From: Prochlorococcus sp. MIT 0801
GTDB taxonomy: Bacteria; Cyanobacteriota; Cyanobacteriia; PCC-6307; Cyanobiaceae
NCBI RefSeq assembly: GCF_000757865.1
Contig: NZ_CP007754.1
Coordinates: forward strand, 1,800,001 to 1,832,000
Reading direction: 5' to 3'
DNA length: 32,000 bases
The notes below the pieces were generated by a model that ran no database searches, was not told the DNA's origin, and saw nothing but the letters and a program-made list of their open reading frames with translations. Both the position numbers and the translations under genes were made by a program. The number at the start of each line of letters is the position of its first letter. The stretch's first letter is position 1. Below are positions 1 through 7,845 of the stretch, in pieces.

Positions 1-1154
1 ACCTTTGCAATAATTGAAGAAGGAACATAACCAAGAATATTTTCCATATTGATTGAATCTTGTAAGTGCCATCTATAGCCGCAGAATAATTCATCTGCAC
101 CCTCTCCAGAGATCAAAACTTTAAGTCCATAGAATTTAGCTTTTTCGGCAATTGCTAGTGCTCCTAAAAAATTAGGATGTGTAATAGGTAAATCTAATTG
201 ATATAAAGAATGATAAATATTCTCAGGAGTAAAATCATTATTGTTAGTTTTTACTTCATAGTAATTAGATTTAATATTAAAAGTTTTTATTACCAAATCT
301 TGCCAATATTTTTCATTCATCTCAATATCATCTAGAGTAATAGAAAATATTGAAGTTAGTTTCTTATTTTTCATTAGCTCTAATAAAATTAAAGTAGAAT
401 CAATTCCACCGCTAAACAAAATTCCAAAAGGCAAATCAGGAATTTGGCTTTTTACAGAATTCGAAAAAATTTCAGAGTATGTTTTTTTAGCTTTGAGAGT
501 TTTATTAACTATCAAATCAAATGAATATTGATTTCTCTTATTATTTTTTAAATTAAAATGAATAATTTCACCTGCATTAATTTTATTTATAGATTTATAA
601 ATAGTATCTGAATTCCAAGTAGTGCCATAAGATAAATATTCTACTAAAGCCTGAGAATTATATGAAGAATTTAAATGAGAAGAAAGAGGCCTTAATTCAC
701 TTGAAATATATAGTTTTCCGTTTAGAAAAGAATAATAAGCTGGTTTAACTCCAAAGAAGTCTCTCGCTAAAAAGACTTCATTTCTTCTAAAATTTATATA
801 AGCAAAAGCAAATATCCCATCAAGTTTTGGTATAATTTCTTTAATATTAAACTTTAAAAGTTTATACAAAACTTCTGTATCAGAAATTTTTGAGGATTTA
901 ATATCATATTCATCTGCTAGTTCTTTAAAATTATAAATTTCTCCATTAAAAACTAAGCAATCTTCATTACTATTTTCTGTATAAGGTTGATCAAAATCTT
1001 CTTGATTTCCCACTATAGAAAGACGATTAAAACCAATTTGCCAATTATTTTTTATAAGAGTTTTAGATGAATCAGGTCCTCTATGACTAATTAAATTAAG
1101 AGAATTAGTTAGTTGAAAACTATTATCATTATAAGAACAAACGAAACCACACAT
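1..1154 (-). CDS. Asparagine synthase (glutamine-hydrolysing)-like amidotransferase; N-terminal ~384 aa, 3' end runs off the window
   Basis: Absent from the ORF track because it is open at the window edge. The reverse complement from the ATG at 1154..1152 reads MCGFVCSYND (Met-Cys start typical of Ntn amidotransferases). Further on it reads GILFSGGIDST (SGGxDS PP-loop), and at the window edge VLISGEGADELFCGYRWH (AsnB-family signature). The start lies 4 nt after the stop of the upstream gene, so it is the last visible member of the operon. Confidence 0.85.
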   Translation of the reverse strand, partial: MCGFVCSYNDNSFQLTNSLNLISHRGPDSSKTLIKNNWQIGFNRLSIVGNQEDFDQPYTENSNEDCLVFNGEIYNFKELADEYDIKSSKISDTEVLYKLLKFNIKEIIPKLDGIFAFAYINFRRNEVFLARDFFGVKPAYYSFLNGKLYISSELRPLSSHLNSSYNSQALVEYLSYGTTWNSDTIYKSINKINAGEIIHFNLKNNKRNQYSFDLIVNKTLKAKKTYSEIFSNSVKSQIPDLPFGILFSGGIDSTLILLELMKNKKLTSIFSITLDDIEMNEKYWQDLVIKTFNIKSNYYEVKTNNNDFTPENIYHSLYQLDLPITHPNFLGALAIAEKAKFYGLKVLISGEGADELFCGYRWHLQDSINMENILGYVPSSIIAK

Positions 1155-1158
1155 ATAT

Positions 1159-1791
1159 TTAAAATGGTTTTGCTGGGACACCACGCACTCTGCTATTGGA
1201 TTTTATATCAGAAATAACAACAGCACCAGCAGCAATCAAAGAATCAGATCCCAGAGTAAGTCTAGGTAGGACTTTTGCTCCTACACCTATGTATACTAAA
1301 TCACAAATTTTCACTTTGCCACAGATATAAGAGGCAGGTCCAATAAAATTATAATCACCAATAGAACTTTCATGAGCTATACCAGAACAACTAGATATAA
1401 CATTATGAGATCCAATTTTTACTTGAGGATGAATCATGGAATTTTCATATACTATATTACCCTGACCAAAAGTAACAGAATCTATATTAATTGAAGGGTG
1501 AATTACATTTAAAAAATTAAATCCTTGTTCAATAAATGAATTAGTAATTTCTTTTCTAAGATTTGTTTTGCTAGCGATTGTGTTAATTAAACTGACATCT
1601 TCGGGAAAATATTTTAAATCATTTAAACCTCCTAAGATAGGAATTCCATGATAGAAATTACCTATATTCTGAAAATTATTATCTATAAATCCTAAAACAT
1701 TTATTGTTTTTGAAAAACTATTGATATCATTAATAGTTCTAATAATTGTAGGATTATTAGCACCAATAATTATCGTATTTTTAAATTTCAT
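1159..1791 (-). CDS. Sugar N-/O-acetyltransferase, left-handed beta-helix (hexapeptide repeat), NeuD/PglD-like
   Basis: 210-aa ORF. The N-terminal region is Rossmann-like (MKFKNTIIIGANN...). The C-terminal part has hexapeptide-type repeats (IGSHNVISSCSGIAHESSIGDYNFIGPASYICGKVKICDLVYIGVGAKV). Its ATG overlaps the TGA of the upstream aminotransferase (ATGA at 1788-1791), the usual aminotransferase-acetyltransferase pairing. Confidence 0.8.
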   Translation of the reverse strand: MKFKNTIIIGANNPTIIRTINDINSFSKTINVLGFIDNNFQNIGNFYHGIPILGGLNDLKYFPEDVSLINTIASKTNLRKEITNSFIEQGFNFLNVIHPSINIDSVTFGQGNIVYENSMIHPQVKIGSHNVISSCSGIAHESSIGDYNFIGPASYICGKVKICDLVYIGVGAKVLPRLTLGSDSLIAAGAVVISDIKSNSRVRGVPAKPF

Positions 1792-2915
1792 TTGGTTTGA
1801 TTAAATAAATGACGAATACAATTAACAGATCTCATAATTTGTTCCTCCGAAATATCGTGAAAGCTTGGAAGATTTATTGCCCTCTCTGGTATAGACCATG
1901 AATTAATATTATTTCGCTGGGATGTAAACATAGGAAGCGAAGAAAGTGGCCAAAAAAATACCCTTGCATCAATATTCTGCTCTGCAAAAGCATGAGCTAA
2001 AGAGTCTCTATTGATATTCAGATAATCATCAAAAACGACTGTAGGCATCCACGCTCCATTGATGCAAGAAGTGCGTTCATAATTAAAAGTTAAACCACTA
2101 AAGTTAGATAAATAATTTTTATATTGACTTAAAATTTCTCTTTTTCTCGCTACCAAGTCCTCGATTCTTTCAAGCTGAGCAAGCCCTATAGCAGCTTGAA
2201 TATTTGACATCTTATATTTATACCCAACGTTGTCCGCCCAAAACTGCTTCTTTTGAAATTTAGATCTTCCATGATTGGACAATGTCAATACCTTCTCGTA
2301 AAGATTAGAATCATTAGTTACTAATGCGCCTCCCTCGCCAGTTGTAATGGTTTTTGTTCCATGAAAAGAAAAAGCACCGAAAATACCAATGCATCCTGCT
2401 TTTTTACCAAGATAAACTGATCCGATGGCTTCAGCAGCATCTTCAATTAAATAAAGATTATACTTCTTACTTATTGATAATAATTTACTCATATCAGCTA
2501 AATTCCCATAAAGATGAACTGCAATTATTGCTTTCGTTCTTTTTGTTATTGCGTTTTCAACTTGTATTGGATCTAAGCACCAACTTTCCTCTTCAATATC
2601 TACAAAAACAGGCTGTGCGCCAAGATGGACTACTGGTGAAACTGTGGCAATCCAATTAGTATCTGCCAAAATGACCTCATCCCCAGGGCCAATACCAAGT
2701 GCTTTCATACCCATATGAAGTGCACCAGTACAACTACTAGTTGAAATTGCGAAAGAAGTTCCTACATAATCTTTAAATCTATTTTCAAATTTATAAATAT
2801 AGTCATAACATCTTTCACCCCAGCCATTAGCTGCAGCATCAGTAGCATAATTAGTTTCTAAATCCGTTATTGATGGTCTAGTATATGGAATTTTATCTTG
2901 TACTTTAGGAGACAT
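1788..2915 (-). CDS. PLP-dependent nucleotide-sugar aminotransferase (DegT/DnrJ/EryC1/StrS family)
   Basis: 375-aa ORF with family-typical blocks: ALHMGMKALGIGPGDEVI, LIEDAAEAIGS and FSFHGTKTITTGEGGALV. The Schiff-base Lys is present in the HGTK motif. That supports a true aminotransferase rather than an RfbH/E1-type 3-dehydrase, which carries His at that position. Confidence 0.88.
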   Translation of the reverse strand: MSPKVQDKIPYTRPSITDLETNYATDAAANGWGERCYDYIYKFENRFKDYVGTSFAISTSSCTGALHMGMKALGIGPGDEVILADTNWIATVSPVVHLGAQPVFVDIEEESWCLDPIQVENAITKRTKAIIAVHLYGNLADMSKLLSISKKYNLYLIEDAAEAIGSVYLGKKAGCIGIFGAFSFHGTKTITTGEGGALVTNDSNLYEKVLTLSNHGRSKFQKKQFWADNVGYKYKMSNIQAAIGLAQLERIEDLVARKREILSQYKNYLSNFSGLTFNYERTSCINGAWMPTVVFDDYLNINRDSLAHAFAEQNIDARVFFWPLSSLPMFTSQRNNINSWSIPERAINLPSFHDISEEQIMRSVNCIRHLFNQTK

Positions 2916-2925
2916 ATTTCTCAGA

Positions 2926-4152
2926 TCAAGAAATCTCTTTCATTTTAGGCATCGCAACGAAAAGTTTATATCCTAATAAATCTTTTTGTAATTCATCAAT
3001 AAGATTCCAGGGCAAAATTAAAATTGAATCAGGATTCAAATCATTCAACTTTTCTGGCGAAAGAATAGGAATATGACTACCTGGAAGAAACTTGCCTTGT
3101 TTGCTTTTTGCATTATCAAAAACAGCAGGTATTAAATCAGATTTAATACCTGCATAATTAATTAATGTATTACCTTTAGCAGCAGCACCGTAAGCCATAA
3201 CTTTCTTACCAATCTTCTTTTGAGTTATCAAATATTCAATTAAATTGTATTTTGAAAACTCAGCATTTCTTTGGAAGTTTTTGTAAGTTTCTAAATGAAG
3301 TAATCCATAATCTTTTTCGATATTTAATATTTTTTCTACAGATTGATTAGGTTGAGAAATATTATTATGTCTTAGCCAAACTCTTAAACTCCCACCATGA
3401 GTATTTAATTCTTCAACATCTACAATGGATAATCCAACATGATTTGACAATACCTGAACAAAATTCAAGCTCAGATAACTGTAGTGTTCATGATATATTG
3501 TATCAAATTGATTATATTTGATTAAATTTAATAAATGAGGAAATTCAATAGAAACATACCCATCATTTTTAAGTAAAAGTTTCACACCTAACATGAAATC
3601 ATTAATATCTGGAACATGAGCTAAAACATTATTTGCAATTATCAAATCTGCTTTATTTTTTACTTTAAGATTATTCTCCAGCAATTCATTTGCAAGATTA
3701 GATCCAAAAAATTTCTGAATTGTTTCTATACCTTTCTTCCTAGAAGCATAAGCCGTTTCCATAGTTGGCTCAATCCCAATATTCGGTATTTTTTCGCGTT
3801 GAAGATACTCTAATAAATAACCATCATTACTCGCTATTTCTATAACTAAACTAGTTCGATTAAGACCTAGTTTTTCAATTGCTTTATATGTAAACTGTTT
3901 AGCATGCTCGCACCAAGATTTAGAAGTACTTGAGAAATAAGCATAATCTGAAGTAAATAGCTCTTCAGCTTTAGCATGTTCAGGTAGTTGGACAAGCCAA
4001 CATTTTGAACAAACAAATAATTTCAAAGGATAAGTAATTTCAGGTAAATGAAGATTCGATTTAGAAATATAAGCATTACTTGGAGGTTGATGGCCTAAAT
4101 CAATAACTTCCTCTTCAAGTAAAGCAGAACAATGACGACACTTGTATTTCAT
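2926..4152 (-). CDS. NDP-hexose C-methyltransferase (TylC3/NovU-like; SAM-dependent, N-terminal Zn-ribbon)
   Basis: 408-aa ORF. The N-terminus has CxxC...CxxC (KCRHCSALL ... VCSKCWLVQL) followed by HQPPSNAY, then a class I SAM-methyltransferase core (VIEIASNDGYLLEYL) and the C-terminal domain typical of sugar C-methyltransferases. Family assignment is from motif memory, not an HMM run. Confidence 0.75.
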   Translation of the reverse strand: MKYKCRHCSALLEEEVIDLGHQPPSNAYISKSNLHLPEITYPLKLFVCSKCWLVQLPEHAKAEELFTSDYAYFSSTSKSWCEHAKQFTYKAIEKLGLNRTSLVIEIASNDGYLLEYLQREKIPNIGIEPTMETAYASRKKGIETIQKFFGSNLANELLENNLKVKNKADLIIANNVLAHVPDINDFMLGVKLLLKNDGYVSIEFPHLLNLIKYNQFDTIYHEHYSYLSLNFVQVLSNHVGLSIVDVEELNTHGGSLRVWLRHNNISQPNQSVEKILNIEKDYGLLHLETYKNFQRNAEFSKYNLIEYLITQKKIGKKVMAYGAAAKGNTLINYAGIKSDLIPAVFDNAKSKQGKFLPGSHIPILSPEKLNDLNPDSILILPWNLIDELQKDLLGYKLFVAMPKMKEIS

Positions 4153-4156
4153 CTTT

Positions 4157-4687
4157 TTAAAAATAAGGTAATAATTGATCTTTCATACTTATTTCAGTTA
4201 AAGGTAAAGGCCAATTAATTTTAAATTTGAAATCATTCCATCGATAGCCTTTTTCAAATTCTGGCACCCAATCCTGAGAATGAAGATATAATACTTGACT
4301 ATTTGGCTCTAAAACTTGAAAACCATGAGCAAACCCCTCAGGGATAAATAAGGCATTTAATTTTTCAGGCGACAAAGTAGTTGCAACCCATTGACAATAG
4401 GTTAATGAATTTACACGCAAATCAATTGCAACATCCCAAATCTTACCACTAAGACAACGAACAATCTTTGCATCCATATAAGGATTTGATTGAAAATGTA
4501 AACCTCTTATAGAGCCAACTTTAATATTATTACTGATGTTAACCTGACGAATTTTTCTATTACCCCAAGCTTCCCTAAATAATAAATTATTGTCTCTAAA
4601 AATGTTAATAAATGAACCACGACTATCTGAATTCTCAATGGCATATATCTCAAATAAACCTTCAATAGAGAGTTCTTTTATATGCAT
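4157..4687 (-). CDS. RmlC-like cupin: NDP-4-keto-6-deoxyhexose 3,5- (or 3-/5-) epimerase, probably CDP-specific
   Basis: 176-aa ORF with RmlC signatures (SRGSFINIF, IRGLHFQ, KIVRCLSGKIWDVAIDLR, IPEGFAHGF). It sits directly after rfbF-rfbG. It is a paralog of the rfbC at 23208..23783. Confidence 0.8.
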   Translation of the reverse strand: MHIKELSIEGLFEIYAIENSDSRGSFINIFRDNNLLFREAWGNRKIRQVNISNNIKVGSIRGLHFQSNPYMDAKIVRCLSGKIWDVAIDLRVNSLTYCQWVATTLSPEKLNALFIPEGFAHGFQVLEPNSQVLYLHSQDWVPEFEKGYRWNDFKFKINWPLPLTEISMKDQLLPYF

Positions 4688-4691
4688 ATTA

Positions 4692-5819
4692 TTATTTTGA
4701 TTGATATGCTTCTAGATCAGAGATACAACAGTCTAAAGCATTTATTCCATCGTAATTCTTTTTATACCATGAAACGGTTTTACAAATAGTTTGTGAGAAA
4801 TCCCATTTAGGCTTCCACCCTAAAAGTCTATAAGATTTCTCACTTGTCAAAAATAATAATTCCTCTTCTTTTGGAGTGTCTTCAGATAATATTTCAACCC
4901 ATTCTCCTGGCCAATATTCTAATAAGCATTCAATCAATTGTCTAACTGTATTATTTGATTGAATATTTGGTCCAAAATTAAAAGGTTGGCTAAATTTGGC
5001 ACTAACTTTATTCCTATGATTTAAAAATAACTCTTTCGCAAGAATTAAATAACCAGAGAGAGGTTCAAGGACATGAAGCCAGGGACGACTTGAATTTGGA
5101 TTTCGTAAAGGAATAGTTTCATTTTGAATCAAACTACTAATAGCATCTGGAACCAAGCGATTCTCTGCCCAATCTCCACCTCCTACTACATTGCCAGAAC
5201 GAGCAGTCGCAATAGATATATTTTTGATTTGATAATTGCCAATTCCACAAAAACTTTCTCTCCAACTATTTATTACGATCTCCATTGCAGCTTTACTTGA
5301 ACTATAAGGATCTTTTCCCCCTAAGCGATCATCCTCACGATATCCATATAGAGATTGTCTATTTTGATAGACTTTATCTGAAGTTATACAAACAACGGCA
5401 CAATCGTGATCCAAATCCCTTAAAGATTCCAAAACTTTTAAACTTCCAATAATATTAATTTCCCAAGTTTCTATAGGATTTAAGTAACTATTTAAAACTA
5501 AACTTTGAGCTGCAAGATGAAAAACAACTTGTGGTTGTACCTCAACAATTATTTTTTTTAAAGTATTACTATCCCTTATATCTCCCTCATAATGTTTAAA
5601 GTTACCATAAGCATTAGAAGTTGATAATTGAGCTAAATCTAATTCATTAAATAACTTATTTTTGTTTGAAGTAGGTAAAGAAAAACCAGACACATCGGCA
5701 CCCATTCTTAATAACCATAGAGCTAGCCAGGAACCTTTAAAACCAGTATGACCAGTAATTAGAACTTTTTTATTTTTCCAAAAAGTATCATCTCCCTTTA
5801 GTAAACTTTTAGCTACCAT
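4692..5819 (-). CDS. rfbG: CDP-glucose 4,6-dehydratase
   Basis: SDR with FWKNKKVLITGHTGFKGSWLALWL (GxxGxxG), a SDKVY-type active-site region and YSSSK (YxxxK). I prefer the ATG at 5819 (MVAKSLLKG...) over the track start at 5849. With that start the gene overlaps the rfbF stop in the string ATGGTAG, which suggests translational coupling. Confidence 0.88.
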   Translation of the reverse strand: MVAKSLLKGDDTFWKNKKVLITGHTGFKGSWLALWLLRMGADVSGFSLPTSNKNKLFNELDLAQLSTSNAYGNFKHYEGDIRDSNTLKKIIVEVQPQVVFHLAAQSLVLNSYLNPIETWEINIIGSLKVLESLRDLDHDCAVVCITSDKVYQNRQSLYGYREDDRLGGKDPYSSSKAAMEIVINSWRESFCGIGNYQIKNISIATARSGNVVGGGDWAENRLVPDAISSLIQNETIPLRNPNSSRPWLHVLEPLSGYLILAKELFLNHRNKVSAKFSQPFNFGPNIQSNNTVRQLIECLLEYWPGEWVEILSEDTPKEEELLFLTSEKSYRLLGWKPKWDFSQTICKTVSWYKKNYDGINALDCCISDLEAYQSK

Positions 5820-6583
5820 AACTTCCACGGTGCTTGACCAGATAACCATAGATCTTGAAGTTTATTTTTATCACGCAAAGTATCCATAGGTTGCCAAAAA
5901 CCGTCATGGTTGAAAGTAGAAAGCTCACCTTTTGAAGCTAACTTAGGAAGAACATCATTCTCCCAACTGGAATCATCATTTTTAATTAAATCAAAAATTT
6001 TTTTATTTACTACAAAAAATCCACCATTGATCCAAGACAAATTCCCTTCTGGTTTTTCAGTAAAATCAGTTACTTTATTGCCATTCGATTTGATTGCGCC
6101 ATACCTACCAGGTGGCCGAACAGAAGTAAGAGTTGCTAAACAATTTTGATTGTTATGAAATTTGATTAACTCATCTATATTTACATTTGAGAGCCCATCT
6201 CCATATGTAAAACAAAAAGATTCAGAGTGAATATATGACTTTACTCTTTTTAATCTACCAGCAGTTTGACTTAAATCTCCAGTATCTACAAGAGTAACTT
6301 TCCATGGCTCACTTCTTTTTTGATGAACTTCCATTCGATTATCCTCATCCATATGAAACGTAATATCACTCATATGAAGAAAATAATTAGCAAAATACTC
6401 TTTAATCAAATATCCTTTATATCCGCAGCAAATAATAAATTCATTAACACCAAAAGAACTATAGATCTTTAGAATATGCCACAAGATTGGCATTCCTCCG
6501 ATTTCGACCAGTGGTTTAGGTCTTATTACTGTTTCTTCAGAAAGTCTGGTCCCTAAGCCACCTGCAAGTATTACAGCTAACAT
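5813..6583 (-). CDS. rfbF: Glucose-1-phosphate cytidylyltransferase
   Basis: 256-aa ORF. The N-terminal MLAVILAGGLGTRLSEET...PKPLVEIGGMPILWHI motif and the overall length are typical of RfbF/DdhA. It is followed directly by rfbG. Confidence 0.9.
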   Translation of the reverse strand: MLAVILAGGLGTRLSEETVIRPKPLVEIGGMPILWHILKIYSSFGVNEFIICCGYKGYLIKEYFANYFLHMSDITFHMDEDNRMEVHQKRSEPWKVTLVDTGDLSQTAGRLKRVKSYIHSESFCFTYGDGLSNVNIDELIKFHNNQNCLATLTSVRPPGRYGAIKSNGNKVTDFTEKPEGNLSWINGGFFVVNKKIFDLIKNDDSSWENDVLPKLASKGELSTFNHDGFWQPMDTLRDKNKLQDLWLSGQAPWKLW

Positions 6584-6585
6584 AA

Positions 6586-7779
6586 TTATAAGATTTTATC
6601 CACTTTATATTTAGTCCCAATTCTTTGCCAAGGAGTTAACATAGAAAATGCAATGTCAGCAAAGTCTATAACTCTATCTGCATATTTATCAGGATCGATA
6701 ATCATTGCGCCATTCATTAAACCATTCCAACCTACTTCATGTTTTTGCCTTTTTTGCGGTTTAAACTCAGGTAAAAATTCAGCTAAGTCAGTCTGCTGAA
6801 TAAAAGTAATTAGCTCATCTTTAAATTTATCAAAATAAATAGGATCAAGTGTTGTCAGTTCTTGAGCTACGCCTTTAATTACATTAACTTTATTTACCTC
6901 AACAAAATAATTATGTTTTTCCATCCAATAATTATTTAAAAAATAAATGCAAAGTGCTAGTGAAAATGGTAGACGTTGATCACTTGCTAATCCATCAACC
7001 GTTCCAGCATCTTTATACCAGTTATCAATAGCATTTTTCTTATGTTTATAATCAATAACAGCAGCTGAATTAGATTTTTCGCAAGCACCTAGAATTGAGA
7101 AAGGGCGCTCTATCATAACGAATTCATTAGTACACAACAGGGCATTGTAACCAGCCTCATAGTCAACGGTCTCAGCGCCAAAGACAACGCCATTATTCAA
7201 ATCTTTAACTTTATTAATTAAGCTACGTTTCCAACATCCATGATAAATAGTTGGTCCAGAACCCATTGATCTTTTAGGTTCATCCCACCTTAAAGATTTT
7301 TTTAAATGTTCCTCAGAAGGAATTCTTCGTAACTGATCACCATCGACAGGAATTGCTGCAGGATTTCTCCTAGAATCTACAGTAACACCTTTCCAAGAAA
7401 AATTAATTCCTCTCCAGTTCAAAGATTCAAATTGCTCAGAACCAGCATTAGTTAAAAAGTGTCTAAGAAAAAAAACTAAATCAGGGCTAAGAATATCATC
7501 ATCGCCAATGATAGAGACCCACTCACCCTGACTAACAGATACACCTCTCTCCCAATTCTCTCTCATTGATAGAGTCGGATTAGGTGAGGCTAAAATTTTT
7601 AATCTTTTATCGTATAAGAAAGGTTGAAGATATTTCAAAATTAATTGTCTTTGATCAGAATTATCAGCAACAATTACCTCTCCGAGATTATCAACAGATC
7701 GTAAATAATAAGATACTGCATCTACAACGTATTCTTGCCTATTACGGGTAGGAATAATTAAAGAATGAAAAACACTCAT
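6586..7779 (-). CDS. Family 2 (GT-A) glycosyltransferase with an uncharacterised ~200-aa C-terminal extension
   Basis: 397-aa ORF with an N-terminal SLIIPTRNRQEYVVDAV, then VADNSD and IIGDDDIL (DxD). It is the first gene after the giant-gene terminator and lies 2 nt upstream of rfbF. Confidence 0.75.
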   Translation of the reverse strand: MSVFHSLIIPTRNRQEYVVDAVSYYLRSVDNLGEVIVADNSDQRQLILKYLQPFLYDKRLKILASPNPTLSMRENWERGVSVSQGEWVSIIGDDDILSPDLVFFLRHFLTNAGSEQFESLNWRGINFSWKGVTVDSRRNPAAIPVDGDQLRRIPSEEHLKKSLRWDEPKRSMGSGPTIYHGCWKRSLINKVKDLNNGVVFGAETVDYEAGYNALLCTNEFVMIERPFSILGACEKSNSAAVIDYKHKKNAIDNWYKDAGTVDGLASDQRLPFSLALCIYFLNNYWMEKHNYFVEVNKVNVIKGVAQELTTLDPIYFDKFKDELITFIQQTDLAEFLPEFKPQKRQKHEVGWNGLMNGAMIIDPDKYADRVIDFADIAFSMLTPWQRIGTKYKVDKIL

Positions 7780-7791
7780 AGACTGATTTAT

Positions 7792-7821
7792 AAAAAAAAA
7801 AGAGGGGTTATTACCCCCTCT
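7792..7821 (-). terminator. Rho-independent terminator downstream of the giant surface-protein gene
   Basis: The minus strand reads AGAGGGG-GTAATAA-CCCCTCT: a 7-bp stem with 5 G:C pairs and a 7-nt loop. Nine consecutive U follow (plus-strand A-run 7792-7800). The element starts 25 nt after the stop codon at 7846. Confidence 0.8.
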
Positions 7822-7845
7822 TTAAATAAGATTTAACTAAGTTAA

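Noticed and set aside
2354-2659. Short ORFs overlapping well-supported genes on the opposite strand: 2354-2659(+), 5910-6149(+), 17241-17513(+), 19033-19242(+), 24049-24246(+), 24740-24937(-) and 31264-31458(-).
   Set aside because: Each is embedded antisense in a CDS with clear family motifs (DegT, RfbF, GT4, RfbA, GNAT, MutS). The translations are low-complexity sequence typical of AT-rich DNA, and none shows a recognisable domain.
5820-5849. The upstream track starts for rfbG (5849) and psbZ (30618).
   Set aside because: The 5849 start adds MVIWSSTVEV and overlaps rfbF by 37 nt. The ATG at 5819 gives the standard N-terminus and the usual short overlap. The 30618 psbZ start is a TTG (plus-strand caa), while an ATG 27 nt downstream gives a protein closer to canonical PsbZ length.
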